A stretch of 64,000 bases of DNA, taken from NCBI RefSeq assembly GCF_009914755.1, contig NC_060936.1; one strand, written 5' to 3'. Made by a program: the position numbers and the translations under genes. The notes beneath the pieces are model-generated. The model searched no databases and was not told where the DNA came from. It saw only the letters and a list, made by a program, of their open reading frames with translations. Below are positions 33,046 through 57,705 of the stretch, one piece after another (the stretch's first letter is position 1; each line of letters starts with the position of its first letter). The DNA is from the human T2T-CHM13v2.0 reference genome, Homo sapiens.

Positions 33046-34009
33046 TATATATATATACACATATATATTCTTCAACTAGATCAGCGTGAGGGAGATGCTT
33101 AGGTCTGAGTTCTTTCACCAGTAATATGAGGTACGGGACTACTTGGCCAAGTTTAGTTATTAGTGTCTAGTTTTTTACACTAGTTACTGGAAGACAGGCT
33201 TGTCCTTTTTCATCAAGTTTATGGTGATAACTTTATGTTTTAAGTATTTTTTGCAGGTTTGGAAACTCTGTTGGAAAGTTGATTTCTATTTTGAAGGCCC
33301 CTTTATCAAATAAAAGGTTGTCAGGAAAAAAAAAAAAAGCCTTGCCAAGTCAATAAATGAGATTTATCAAGTTGGATGCTTGTTATTATAAAGTATTTAA
33401 TTTCACATTGGTAGATATCTTCAAGCTCCCTCATCGACTTCCTGCTGGCCACTGTGTTGGATTTGCCTTCCCCACTTCCCACCCAGAAATCGGTTTAGTC
33501 TCTAAGAACCAGTCATGGTCTTTACTCCTTTTCAAAGCACTGGATTCTGATATGCAGCCAGATTCATCACATGAGGAATGATATTTGGGGCGGAGCTGTC
33601 TATAGCTAGGTGTCTCTGAAGGCATTGTTTTTGTCGTTGTTGTTTTGTTTTTTGTCTGCCCTTTTTCTCCCTTTCACTGAATGGCTTCCTTATAACATGA
33701 ACTTACATATGATGTGTTATCATTCTACCTCATAATCTTTCAGTTTCAGCTCCTATTGCTAACTGGCCTTCTCATCAATTTTCATGGTGAATTATCTGAT
33801 TATCCCAACCCAGCTTTTCAATCAGGTGATACCACCATTGCTCAATTTATGAATAAACCTTTATTAGAGGCCCACCCCTTTCCCAGAGAGCTGTGGTCAG
33901 GGGATCTGGGGTCATGTATTAAATGAGAGCACCTTGACAACAGAGTGGGCAGGGCACTCATCCTTGCATAGGATATGGATATGAGTATATAAGCACCAAT
34001 GGATATTTC

Positions 34010-34300
34010 TTTTTGTTTGTTTGAGACAGGGTCTTGCTCTATCACCTAGGCTGGAGTGCAGTAGCACAGTCTTGGCTCACTGCAGCATCAATCTCCCAGG
34101 ATAAATTGGTCCTCCCACTTCAGCCTCCCCAGTAGCTGGGACTACAGGCATGTGCTACCATGTCTAATTTTTGTGTTTTTTGTAGAGATGGGGTTTTGCT
34201 ATATTGCCCAGGCTGGTCTCTAACTCCTAAGCTCAAGCTATTTTCCTACCTCGGCCTTCCAAAGGGCTGGGATTACAGGCATGAGACACTGCATACAGCC
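34010..34300 (-). mobile_element. Alu (J-like)
   Basis: Reverse Alu; TSD accaatggatattt. Confidence 0.85.
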
Positions 34301-35262
34301 ACCAATGGATATTTTTAGAAAAGGGAAAGAGGATATTGTTTTAATTATCTCTATGTAACTGGAACTGAGAAAGAATATGTTGTAGTCCAGCAGCCCACTG
34401 ATATCTACTAAAACCTAGAGGCTTTTCGTACAACCAGTCCTAACTCACATTAGTAGAAATGACCTGTTGGATCTATTTTTCTTTTCTCAGTTTTCTCACT
34501 TATGCACTTATTTTCTTTTTAAAGTTAAGGCATAATTTACATGCAGTAAAATTCACCTTTTAAAAAATGTTCTGTTCTACAACTTTTGACAGTGTAGATA
34601 GTCATGTAATTACTACAATCAAGATTTAGAACAGTTCCATAACCTTAAATCCTCTCATCCTCTCATGACCCTTTGTAGCCAACCCCTGCCCCTGCATCCA
34701 GCCCTTGGCAGCCATTGATCTGTTGTCTATCCCTTACAGTTTTTCCATTTCCAGGATGTGATATAAAGAGAGTCGTGCAATGTATAGCCATTTGAGCTTG
34801 GCTTGTTTACCTAGCAGAATGCATTTGAAATTCATCCATGCTGTTTTGTGTGTCAGTAGATCATTCCTTTTTTAAAAAAAAAAAAGACAAAAATAATTTT
34901 ATTAAGATATAACTTAACATGTAGTAAAATTCATTATTCTTAAAGTACAGTTCTGTGAATTGGACAAACGCATACAGTCATGTGATTACCAATAGAAGGC
35001 ACAGAACAAATTTCTTCACCTCCAAAAATTCCCCCATACCCCTTTCAGGTAAACCCCCTCCTTCCTTCATTGCCAGGCAACCACTGATCTATTTTCTGTC
35101 TTTATAGTTTTTCTTTTTCCAGAGTGCCATATAAATGGAATCATATGGTATGGAGCCTTATGAGTTTGGTTTCACTTAGCATAATGCATTTGAGATTCAT
35201 CCATGTTATTATGTGTATCACTACTATTTGTTTTTATTGCTGAACAGTATTGCATTGTACGA

Positions 35263-41606
<6,344 letters not shown>

Positions 41607-41802
41607 TATGAATGTACCACTGTTTGTTAATCCATCTACTATTTGAAGGATATTTGTTTCCAATTTGGTCAATTATGAGTAAAACCACTATAAACATTTG
41701 TGTGAATCTAGGTTTTCATTTCACTTCTGTAAATACCCAAGAGTGAGACTACCTTGTCAAATGATAAGTGTATCTGCTGTTTTATATTAAAAAAAAAAAT
41801 AA

Positions 41803-42153
<351 letters not shown>

Positions 42154-42793
42154 TAAGAAAATGAGAAAACAGAAATGAGAAAAAAATAAGAATCATTTAT
42201 TACACTTCCTAGAAATAATAGCTGTTAATTTTTTTTACATAGTTTTCTAGATTTTTCTAGCCATATATGCAAATTATTTTATATAACAGGCTTATATAGC
42301 TAAACTGTGAAATAGCCTTTTACATTAAATTATATAACATAAGCATTTTTCCTTGTCAACATATGTATTTTGCTCCTGTATTCCACTTTGTAGATATGCC
42401 AAAATTTCTGTGGTAAATATTTTTATAGCTAAATTTTTGTGTTCATCTTTTATTTCCTTGGGATAAATTCTAGGAAGCAGAATTGCAGAGTCAAATGCAA
42501 ATGCAGCTTTTTTAGGCTATTGATACATGTTGCCAAATTGCCCATCTATTTACACTTTCTGCCATGAATAAGAGTACCCTTGTTCCTCTAACTCGTCTGC
42601 ACTGTTATCATCGAACACACACACACATATGCATGCACTCACATAAACATTGCCAATTTGAAGGATGAAAAGTTATCTGTAAGCAACAGTGTATAAAGTG
42701 AAAGTTCTTCCTTCCTAATTTGATTCCAGAAGTTAACTACTGTTAACCTCTCGTGGTTTTAATTGTTGATTGTTTCAATTGTTTTGGGTTTAG

Positions 42794-43287
<494 letters not shown>

Positions 43288-43929
43288 TGGTTTAGTTTTT
43301 TAATTCACATGCTAAGTTAATATCCAAATGTTTCATTCCAGTAAGTTTCAAAAAAATTATAAAAGTAGAGGGAATATTTTATCGATCTCCCATGTACCCA
43401 TCACCTAGCTTCCCGTTATCAACTGATACCTGATCTTGTTTCACCTATACCCTCACCATTCTCCCTCCAATTATTTTGAAGCAAAACTCAGACATATCTC
43501 TTTGTGTATCTCTAAAAGATGGGAACTCTTTACTAAATAGATTTGTACATTTAAATATTTAATCCATTTGGAGTTTATTTTGGTGTTTAGTGTTATTTCA
43601 GGGATCTAGTTTTATTTCTCTTTTCAAACAGCTAGTTGCCCCAATACCACATATTGAATAATTCATTCTTTTGTCCATTGGTACAAAATGCTGCCTTAAT
43701 AACATATTAAATTCTCATGTACTTGAATCAGTTTCTGGATTTTCTGTCCCATTGGTCTTTTTCTCCTTCCCTAGATCATGATATTTGTGTTATTTGATAT
43801 TTTATGTCACATGAAACTGGAATTAAAGTTTTTTATTAATCTAACATGAGAAGAAAACTAGTGGGAGATTAAGAATATGTACTTAGTTAATTAAAGATAT
43901 TTATAATAAGAATGTTTACTTTCTTTCAG

Positions 43930-44198
43930 CGATCCTTTAATGTGGACAGCTGTGATTGGAACTAATAATATACATGGACGCTATCCTCATACCAAGAAGA
44001 TAAAAATTAAAGCAATCATTATTCATCCAAACTTCATTTTGGAATCTTATGTAAATGATATTGCACTTTTTCACTTAAAAAAAGCAGTGAGGTATAATGA
44101 CTATATTCAGCCTATTTGCCTACCTTTTGATGTTTTCCAAATCCTGGACGGAAACACAAAGTGTTTTATAAGTGGCTGGGGAAGAACAAAAGAAGAAG
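43930..44198 (+). CDS. TMPRSS12: TMPRSS12 exon 3 (catalytic Asp NDIAL, PICLP, GWG)
   Basis: ttctttcag|C acceptor continues phase 2 of exon 2 (AG|C = Ser). Reads DPLMWTAVIG...IIIHPNF...NDIALFHL...QPICLP...ISGWGRTKEE, then donor G|GTAATT. Confidence 0.96.
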
Positions 44199-44272
44199 GT
44201 AATTATGGTCTGAATTTTACTGATACACATTTTCCTGATTATGGGCAGAGGAAGGTCAAACCTTTTATATAC

Positions 44273-45046
<774 letters not shown>

Positions 45047-45432
45047 GTTTCACTCTGTGTATTTTTTTATCACTTTATGCCATGAGATTGAAAAGTATTA
45101 TAGGTTCTTATAAAACACTGAAAACAACTTTTTGAGGGGTCTATTTTTCCTTGTGGGATAGGAGAGAAAATTCTTTTCCAAAGCAGAAATAGAGACTTTC
45201 TCTGATTGTACATGCCAAGATACTTGAACGTTAAGATAGAATGATAGTTCCAAGTGTTTCTGTAGTTTGAACTCACAGATGGTGAAGCCAGCTCTGCAGC
45301 AGAGTTCTCTATTTTAAGTAATAAGCTTCTGGCTATGAAGAATCATATTTAGTTTCCTTTTAATTTAATGCCTTGTTTAGTATCAGGCAAGATGATTGCG
45401 ATATATTTTTTTAGTGTACTTAGGGGCAGTAA

Positions 45433-46190
<758 letters not shown>

Positions 46191-46879
46191 GTCCTGTTTT
46201 AAATATACTGCTTTATCTTATGCCCCCAATATTCCTAAAAGGGAGTTAATGTTATTTTTACCCCATTTAACAGACCAGTAATTGAGAATCTTAGAGGTTA
46301 AGAAGTTGGAACTCAAATCCAAGTCCCAAGTCTTTTATTCTAAAGCCTGAATATTTAATAACTATATTAAACTGCTCTTGAGGGAATCATTGTCCTGTTA
46401 GGAATATATGAGGTTAAGTACTAAGACTTCTTTTTTCTTCCTATTCCCCACAGGCCCTAGCCATTTAAATATTTGTGGATTATGTAGCTAGGATGTAGAT
46501 AAATGTACGAAAGACCTGTGAATTATTATTTTTCTTTTTTTTTTTCCATCTGTGAATACTTTTTAAAGAAGATAAGGAAAGCAACATGGTGTAGGGAAAG
46601 GAACATGGGCTTTAGATTCACGGACTTAATTCTGAATCCCAGCCTGCTGCTCTGTGCTAGCTGAATGACCATGGGCATGTTATTGACTCTTTAATAATAA
46701 TTAGAACAATAATAGAAGCAACTACCGTTTGTTTAGGGCCCAGTACTTAATAAAATGCTAAGCATTGCAATGCATTATCTCATTTAATACCCCCAGCAAC
46801 ACTACAGAAAATACTATAAAATGAATGAGTAAAATAAAGCTTAAAGAGGTTAAATAAGTTGCTTAAACTAATAAAATAA

Positions 46880-47252
<373 letters not shown>

Positions 47253-47674
47253 TAATATATCATCTTTCACAATGTCATACAGTTTCATGATCTTTAAAGT
47301 GAGAGCAATGATACCCATCAGAGAGTTGTTTTGAGAATTAAATTAGTTCTCCAGCAACATGGTAGTTTACATGTACATACCAAGCTCCCCACTGAAAACT
47401 ATTAAAGAGGGAGAATACATAGGTTAAGGACTCGGTGTGACGATAGAAACTTAGACAGGGAACTGGAACACGGAAGTTGACTTTGATCTTGAGGGTATTC
47501 GCCAAAATGTTAACTTTTAATATTGACTTCAGTGGTTTCATAGGCCTTGGAAGGAAATGGTTAAAGAATAAAACTTGTCCAAGTTGGGAAGTAGGGAAGA
47601 CACTCCCATAAAGCTGGAGTCTGTCCCATGGCTATACTTTAAAAATGAGTCACACTCATGACCCAGCATATAAT

Positions 47675-47969
47675 TTTTTTTTTTTTAAAGACAGAGTCTT
47701 GCTCTGTCACCCAGGCTGGAAGGTGGTGATGCGATCTCAGCTCACTGCATCTTCCGCCTCCTGGATTCAAACAATTCTTGTGCCTCAGCGTCTCCAGTAG
47801 CTGGGATTACAGAGGTGTACCACCACGCCCAGTTAATTTTTGTATTTTTAGTAGAGATGGAATTTCGCCATGTTGGCCAGGCTGGTCTCAAAACTCCTGG
47901 CCTCAAGTCATCTGCCCACCTTGGCCTCCCAAAGTGCTAGGACTACAGGCGTGAGCCCCTGCACCCGCC
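47675..47969 (-). mobile_element. Alu
   Basis: Reverse Alu. Confidence 0.85.
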
Positions 47970-48074
47970 TTGTTCTTATATATATAGTATACTTCAAATG
48001 TGATCTAGGTAGGTTAAAAAAAAAAGGAGGGAAAAATACACATGGCTACATTAATCAAAAGAAAGCTGGATTAC

Positions 48075-48327
48075 ACGTGTAATCCTAGCACTTTGAGGGG
48101 CTGAGGTGGGAGGACTGCTTGAGGCCAGGAGTTCGAGACCAGCCTGAGCAACATAGGGAGACCTCGTCGCTAAAAAAATTAGCCAGGTATGGTAGTGCAC
48201 GTCTATAGTCCCAGCTATGTGGGAGGATCACTTGAGCCCAGGAGTTCGAGGTTATGGTGAGCTATGATAGCACCACTGCACTCCAGCCTGGGTAACAGAG
48301 AAAGACCCTGTATCCAGACAAAAAAAG
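48075..48327 (+). mobile_element. Alu (J-like, truncated) within an old L1 EN fragment
   Basis: TSD aaagRaagctgga. Confidence 0.8.
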
Positions 48328-49784
48328 GAAGCTGGAATGGAAAAAAGAGAAAGTAGGAATGGCTATATAAATATCAGATAAAGTAGACTTACAGCAGAGA
48401 AGATTACAAGGATGGTGAGAGACATTACATAATAATAAAAGGCCCTCAGTCCACCAAGAAGACATAGCAATGCTAAACGTGTGTACACCAAAAAACAGAC
48501 ATATGGTTTCTTAAAAACATACATGTGAACATACACTTACCATATGACCCAGCAATTGTACCCCTAGATATTTATCCCAGAGAAATACAAATGTCCACAC
48601 ACAAAAAAACTATTTACAGATGTTCATGAAAGCTTTATTTTAAAAGCCAAAAACTAAAAACAACCAAAATGTCCTTCAATAGGAGAATGCTTAAATAAAC
48701 TAGTATAGCCTTACCATAGAATATAACTAAGCAGTTAAAAGGTATGAACGATTGATAGATGCAACAAGTTAGATGGACAAGGGCATTATGTTGAGTGAAA
48801 AGAAGCCAATTTTAAAATGTCATATATGATTCCAAGTATATAACAATGAAATGACAAAATTATGCAGACAGAGAATAGATTAGTAGTTGCTAGGGTTAAG
48901 AAGGTTAGGTAGCATGAAGGAGATTTTTGTCCTGATGGAATAACTCTATGCCCTGTTTTTTTGTGGTGGTTTCATGAATCTACACACACATTGTATTAAT
49001 GTCAGTCTCCAGATTTTGATACTGTATTTCAGTGACAGAGATGTAACCATTGTAGGAAACTGCATAAAATGTACACTTGACTTTTTAGTGCTATCTTTGC
49101 AACTACCAATAACTCCATAATTATTTTAAAATAAAAAGCTTTTTAAATGAACCACATATAACCAACAAATCCTCACCTCCTATCGCCATCCCCATGTTTA
49201 CTGGGAAAACTGCCTAATGGAAGGGGGAAAAGCTAGAAATTCCCTCTCCCCAAAATATGTAACTATAAATACCACTCACACGGATTTGCTATCCAAAGTA
49301 ACACTGAGTAGACTACAAAGCTTCAAGCTGAGAATTTAGTTTAAAACAGGTTCTAGCTTAGTAACATCCCAAGATTTGATCCTGACAACATCAAATGCAA
49401 ATTATTTATATAGAAACCCAACTTCATCTAAGGCTTCAAAGAATATAACCAGATAAAGTTGCAGTGAAATCGAATGGATTACAATAAAAAGATCACAAAT
49501 AATTAATATATTTAACATACATATCTAATATAATTAAATATAATAACTGAAATTAATTCAATGGGCTAAAGTTTAGAAGCACTTAAGATCCCACAGATTA
49601 AAATCAACCAAATATCAGTTCAAAGATCACCAAACACATAAGGAAACAAACCATTAATAGTGAAAGCCAACAGAAACAACAAACATATTAAGCCTCCCAA
49701 GGACTTCAGATATTAATATTTTTAGGTATAGAATAAAAAAATATGTAAATTGTTTAAAGAACTAAAAGGTAGAATTAAAAATGA

Positions 49785-50102
<318 letters not shown>

Positions 50103-50193
50103 AAAAATCAGCAATGGACTATTTAGAAGGACTAGGCACTAGAATCTTTAAAAATGAAAAACGTAATTGCTAGTATTTAAAACTCATTGGATA

Positions 50194-50492
50194 GGCTGGG
50201 TGCGGTGGCCCATGCCTGTAATCCTAGCACTTTGGGAAGCCAAGGCAGGTGGATCACCTGAGACCAGGAGTTTGAGACCAGCCTAGCCAACATGGTGAAA
50301 CCCCCAATCCACTAAAAATACAAAAAATTAGCCAGGCATGGTGGTGGGTGCCTGTAATCCCAGCTACTTGGGAGGCTGAGGCAGGAGAATCACTTGAACC
50401 AGGAGGCAGAGGTTGCAGTGAGCCAAGATCATATCTTTGCACTCCAGCCTGGGCAACGAGAGCAAGACTCTGTCTCAAAAAACAAAAACAAA
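50194..50492 (+). mobile_element. Alu (S-like)
   Basis: TSD aaaactcattggata. Confidence 0.88.
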
Positions 50493-53400
50493 ACTCATTG
50501 GATAAACTAGATATCATATTAGACACAGCTAAAGAGAGGATTTGTGAACCAGAAGATATATCTGAAGGAACTTCCTAGACTGTAGCACCGAAGGGAAAAA
50601 AGAGAAAACATGAAATAAGGTATAAGAAGGATAGAATGAGAAAATCTAATATACATCTAATGTGAGTGCCAGAGAGGAAGGAATAAAGAGGATAGAGGAG
50701 AGGCAATATTCAATGGATTTGGGTTGAAATTTCTTAAAAATTGATGAAAGACATGAATCCAGATAAAATATTAATAGGCACAATATTAGCCAAAACAAAA
50801 CGTAATCCCCTTTCATACATTATACTGAAGTTGAACAACAAAGAAAAAAAAAAAAACAGAAGATCTGAAATGTAGCCAGAGATAAAAGAAAAATCTTTAT
50901 AATAGAATTACAGATTAGTTTTCAGACTTCTCAGTAGGAATAATGAAAGCCAAAAGACACCCTCTCCTGTTGCCGTGTGAAGATGTGCTTGCCTCCCCTT
51001 TGCCTTCTGCCATGATTGTAGGTTTCTTGAGGCCTACCCTCAAGAAACATAGCTTGAGTACAGACTGCAGAACTGATTACTCAGATTATCATGGCAGATG
51101 GGAGGCAGAACTAGATTGCAGCTCCAACATGGAGCTTCTGTACAGACTGCAGAGCTGATTATTCAGATTATCATGGCAGATGGGAGCCAGAACTAGATTG
51201 CAGCTCTAATGTGGATGGACAGAGCAGCGTGTGGAGGCTGGCATCATGAATTTTAGCTCCAGAATGACTGCAGAAATAAATCGAGAATCCCAAGACAACC
51301 CACAGACCCTCTGAAGGAAGCAGACTGCTCCTGCAGGACTTGGGAGACACCCCAAATACTCTGGGAGGTGGGTAGCCTGGGGCAAGTTCTCAGCCCTGCT
51401 TGCCCACTGTCTGGAAAGAGACTTGGTGCTGTTGAGGGGCATGGTGGGAGTGAGACTGGCCCTTTGGATTGTGTGGGAGCTGGATGAGGCCTGTGATTGC
51501 CAGCTTTTCCCCACTTCCCTGACAACCTGCATGACTCAGCAGAGGCAGCCATAATCACTTGGTATACAACTCCATTGACCTGGGCACCTCACCCCCATCC
51601 CTCACAGCAGCCTCAGCAAGACCCACCCAAGGAGAGTCTGAGCTCAGACATGCCTAGCCCCACCCCCACCTGATGGTCCTTCCCTACCCACCCTGGTTGC
51701 TGAAGACAAAGGGCATATACCCTTGAGAGTTCTAGGGCCCTGTCCACCACTGGTTTCTCTCCATAATACCACAGCTGATGCTCTCTGGAAAGCACCACCT
51801 CCCAGCAGGAGGCCAACAAGCACAAAAATAGGACATTAAACCACCAAAGCTAAGAACCTTCACAGAGTCCATTTCAACCCCCTGCCATCTCCACTGGAAC
51901 AGGTGCTGGTATTCACGGCCGAGAGACCCATAGATAGTTCACATCACGGGACTCTGTGCAGACAGCCCCCAGTACCAGCCCAGAGCCTGGTAGACTTGCT
52001 GGGTGGCTAGACCCAGAAGAAAGATAACAATCGCTGCAGCTCGGTTCTCAGGAAGCCACATCCATAAGAAAGGTGGGGAGAGTACTACATCAAAGGAACG
52101 CTCAATGGATAAAAGAATGTAAACAACAGCCTTCAGCCCTAGACTTTCCTTCTGACAGAGCCTACCCAAATGAGATGGAACCAGGAAACCAACTCTGGTA
52201 ATACGACAAAACAAGGCTCTTTAACACTCCCCAAAAAATCACACTAGCTCACCAGCATTGGGGCCAAACCAAGAAGAAATCCCTGATTTAACTGAAAAAG
52301 AATTCAGGAGGTTAGTTATTAAGCTAATCATGGAGGCTCCAGAGAAAGGCGAAGCCCAATGCAAGGAAATCCAAAAACTGGTACAAGAAGTGGAGGGAGA
52401 AATATTCAAGGAAATAGATAGCATCAAGAAAAAACAAAACTTCAGGAAACATTGGACACACTTACAGAAATGCAAAATGCTCTGGAAAGTCTCTGCAATA
52501 GAATTGAGCAAATAGAAGAAAGAAATTCAGAGCTCAAAGTCTTTGAATTAACCCAATCCAACAAAGACAAAGAAAAAAGAATAAGAAAATATGAACAAAG
52601 CCTCCAAGAAGTCTGGGATTATGTTAAACAACCAAACCTAAGAATAATTGGTGTTCCTGAGGAAGAAGAGAAACCTAAAGTTTGGAAAATATATTTGGGG
52701 GAATAATCGAGGAAAACTTCCCCAGCCTTGCTAGAGACCTAGACATCCAAATACAAGAAGCACAAAGAACACTTGAGAAATTCTTTGCAAAAAGATCATC
52801 ATCTAGGCACACTGTCATCAGGTTATCTAAAGTTAAGGTGAAGGAAAGAATCTTAAGAGCCGTGAGACAAAAGCACTAGGTAACCTATAAAGGAAAACCT
52901 ATCAGATTAACAGCAAATTTTTCAGCAGGAACCCTACAAGCTAGAGGGGATTGGGGCCCTATCTTCAGCCTCCTCAAACAAAACAATTATCAGCCAAGAA
53001 TTTTGTATCCCGTGAAACTAACCATCACGTGTAAAGGAGAGATAGAGTCTTTTTCAGACAAACAAATGCTAAGACAATTTGCCACTAACAAGCCACCACT
53101 ACAAGAACTGCTAGAAGGAGCTCTAAATCTTGAAACAAATCCTGGAAACACATCAAGATGGAACCTCTTTAAAGCATAAATCTCACAGGACCTATAAAAC
53201 AAAAATACAGTTTAAAAAGCATAAACAAAAAATCGAAAACCAAGGTACAAGGCAACAAATAGCACGATGAATGCAATGGTACCTCACATCTCAATACTAA
53301 CATTGAATATAAATGACCTAAATGCTCCACTTAAAAGATACAGAACTGCAGACTGGATGAGAACTCACCAACCAACTATCTGCTGCCTTCAAGAGACTCA

Positions 53401-54948
53401 CCTAACACATAAGGACTTGCATAAACTTAAAGTAAAGGAGTGGAAAAAGGCATTTCATGCAAATGGACACCAAAAGAGAGCAGGGATAGCTATTTTCATG
53501 TCAGACAAAACAAACTTTAATGCAATAGCAGTTAAAAAAGACAAAGAGGGACATTATATAATGGTAAAAGGCCTTGTCCAACAGGAAAATAACACAATCC
53601 TAAACATATATGCACCTAACACTGGAGTTCCCACATTTATAAAACAATTACTAATAGACCTAAGGAATGAGATAAACAGCAACACAATAATAGTGGTGGA
53701 CCTCAATACTCTACTGACAGCACTAGATAGGTCATCAAGACAGAAAGTCAACAAAGAAACAATGGATTTAAACTATACCTTGGAACAAATAGACTTAACA
53801 GATATATACAGAACATTGCATCTAACAACTGCAGAATACACTTTCTATTCAACACTGCATGGAACTTTCTCCAAGATAGACCATCTGATAGGCCACATAA
53901 TGACCTCAATAAATTTAAGAAAATTAAAATTATATCAAGAACTCTCTTGGACCACAGTGGAATAAAATTGGAAATCAACTCCAAAAGGAACTTTCAAAAC
54001 CATGCAAATATATGGAAATTAAATAACTTGCTCCTGAATAATCATTGGGTCAAAAACAACATCAAGATGGAAATTAAAAAGTTCTTCAAACTGAATGACA
54101 ATAATGAGGCAACCTATCAAAACCTCTGAAATACAGCAAAGGTGGTGCTAAGAGGAAAGTTCATAACCCTAAATGCCTACATCAAAAAGATTGAAAGGAC
54201 ACAAACTGACATTCTAAGGTTATACTTCAAGGAACTAGAGAAACAAGAAAAAAAAAACAAACCCAAACCCAGCAGAAGAAAGGAAACAACGAAGATCAGA
54301 GCAGAACTAAATGAAATTGAAACAAAAAAAAAATACAAAAGATAAGTGAAACAAAAAGCTGGTTCTTTGAAAAGATAAATAAAATTGATAGGCCATTAGC
54401 AGGATTAACCAAGAAACGAAGAAAGAAAATCCAAATAACCTCAATAAGAAACGTAACAGGAGATATTACAACTGACACTACAGAAATACAAAAGATCATT
54501 CAGTGCTACTATGAACACCTTTATGCACATAAACTAGAAAATCTAGAAGGAGTGGATAAATTCCTGGAAAAATACAACCCTCCTAGCTTAAATCAGGAAG
54601 AAATAGATACCCTGAACAGACCAATAAAAAGTAGCGAGATTGAAATGGTAATTTAAAAATTACCAACCATAAAAATCCAGGATCAGATGGATTCATGGCA
54701 GAATTCTACCAGACATTCAAAGAAAAATTGCTACCAATCCTTTTGACAATATTCCACAAGATAGAGAAAGACAGATTCCTCCCTAATTCTTTCTATGAAG
54801 CCATCATCACCCTAATACCAAAACCAGGAAAGGACATAACCAAAAAAGAAAACTACAGACCACTATTCCTGATGAACATAGGTGCTAAAACCCATAACAA
54901 AATACTAGTTAACAAAATCCAACAACATATCAAAAAGATAATCCACCA

Positions 54949-55414
<466 letters not shown>

Positions 55415-57381
55415 TCATATCAGGGATCCAGGGATGGTTTAACATACACAAGTCAATAAATGTGAAACACTACATACACAGAATTAAAAAAAAAAAATCA
55501 CATGATCATCTCAATAGATGCAGAAGAGGCATTCGGCAAAATCCAGCATCGTTTTATGATTAAAACTCTCAGCAAAATCAACATACAAGGGATATACCTC
55601 AATGTAATAAAAGCCATCTATGACAAACCCACAGCCAACATAATACTGAATGGGGAAAAGTTGAAAGCATTCCCTCTGAGAACTGGAACAAGACAAGGAT
55701 GCCCACTGTCACCTCTCCTCTTCAACATAGTACTGGAAGTCCTAGCCAGAGGAATCAGACAAGAGAAAAAAATAAAGGGCATCCAAATCAGTAAAGAGGA
55801 AGTCAAAGTGTCACTGTTTGCTGACAATATGATTATTTTCCTTGAAAACCCTAAAGACTCCTCCAGAAAGCTCCTAGAACTGATAAAAGAATTCAGCAAA
55901 GTTTCCAGATACAAGATTAATGTACACAAATCAAAGTAGCTCTCCTATATACTAACAGCAGAGAATCAAATCAAGAACTCAACCCTTTTCATGATAGTTG
56001 CAAAAAAAAAAAAAATACTTAGGAATATACCTAACAAAGGAGGCAAAAGACCTCTACAGGGAAAACTACAAAACACTGCTGAAAGAAATCATAGATGACA
56101 CAAACAAATGGAAACACATCCCATGCTCATGGATGGGTAGAGTCAATATTGTGAAAATGACCATACTGTCAAAAGCAATCTATAAATTCGATGCAATCCC
56201 CATCAAAATACCACCATCATTCTTCAAAGAATTATAAAAAAGAATTCTAAAATTCATATGGAACCAAAAAAGAGCCCACAAAGCCAAAGCAAGATTAAGC
56301 AAAAAGAACAAATCTAGAGGCATCAAACAACCTGATTTCAAACTATACTATAAGCCCATTGTCACCCAAACAGCATGGTACTGGTATAAAAATAGGCACA
56401 TAGACCAATGGAACAGAATAGAGAACCCAGAAATAAACCCAAATACTTGCAGCCAACTGATCTTCAACAAAGCAAACAAAAACGTAAAATGGGGAAAGGA
56501 CACCCCTTTCAACAAATGGGGCTGAGATAATTGGCAAGCCACATGTAGGAGAATGAAACTGGATTCTTGTCGCTCACTTTGTACAAAAATCAACTCAAGA
56601 TGGATTAGGGACTTAAATCTAAGACCTGAAAGTATAAAAATTCTAGAAGATAACTGGAAAAACCCTTCCAGATATTGGCTTAGGCAAGGATTTCATGACC
56701 AAGAAGCCAAAAGCAAACGCAATACAAACAAAGATAAATAGCTGGGACTTAATTAAAGAGATTTTGCATGGCAAAAGGAACAGTCAGCAGAGTAAACAGA
56801 CAACCCACAGAGTGAGAGAAAATCTTCACAATCTATACATTTGACAAAGGACTAATATCCAGAATCTGCAACAAACTTAGACAAATCAGCAAGCAAAAAA
56901 AATCCCATCAAAAAATAGGTTAAAGACATGAATAGGCAATTCTCAAAAGAAAATATGTAAATGGCCAACAAACATATGAAAAAATGCTCAACATCACTAA
57001 TGATCAGGGAAATGCAAATCAAAACCACAATGCAATACCACCTTACTCCTTCAAGAGTGGTCATAATCAAAAAATTAAAAAAAAAAAACAGTAGATGTTG
57101 GCATGGATGTAGTGATCAGGGAATGCTTCTACACTGCTGGTGGGAATGTAAACTAGTACAGCCACTATGGAAAACAGTGTGGAGATTCCTTAAAGAACTG
57201 AAAGTAGAACTGCCATTTGATCCAGCAATCCCACTACTGGGTATCTACCCAGAGGAAAAGAAGTCATTATTCAAAAAAGAAACTTGCACACGCGTGTTTA
57301 TAGCAGCACAATTCGCAATTGCAGAATCGTGGAACCAACCCAAATGCCCATCAATCAACTAGTGGTTAAAGAAACTGTGAA

Positions 57382-57689
<308 letters not shown>

Positions 57690-57705
57690 GGAACTGTGAA
57701 AAAAT

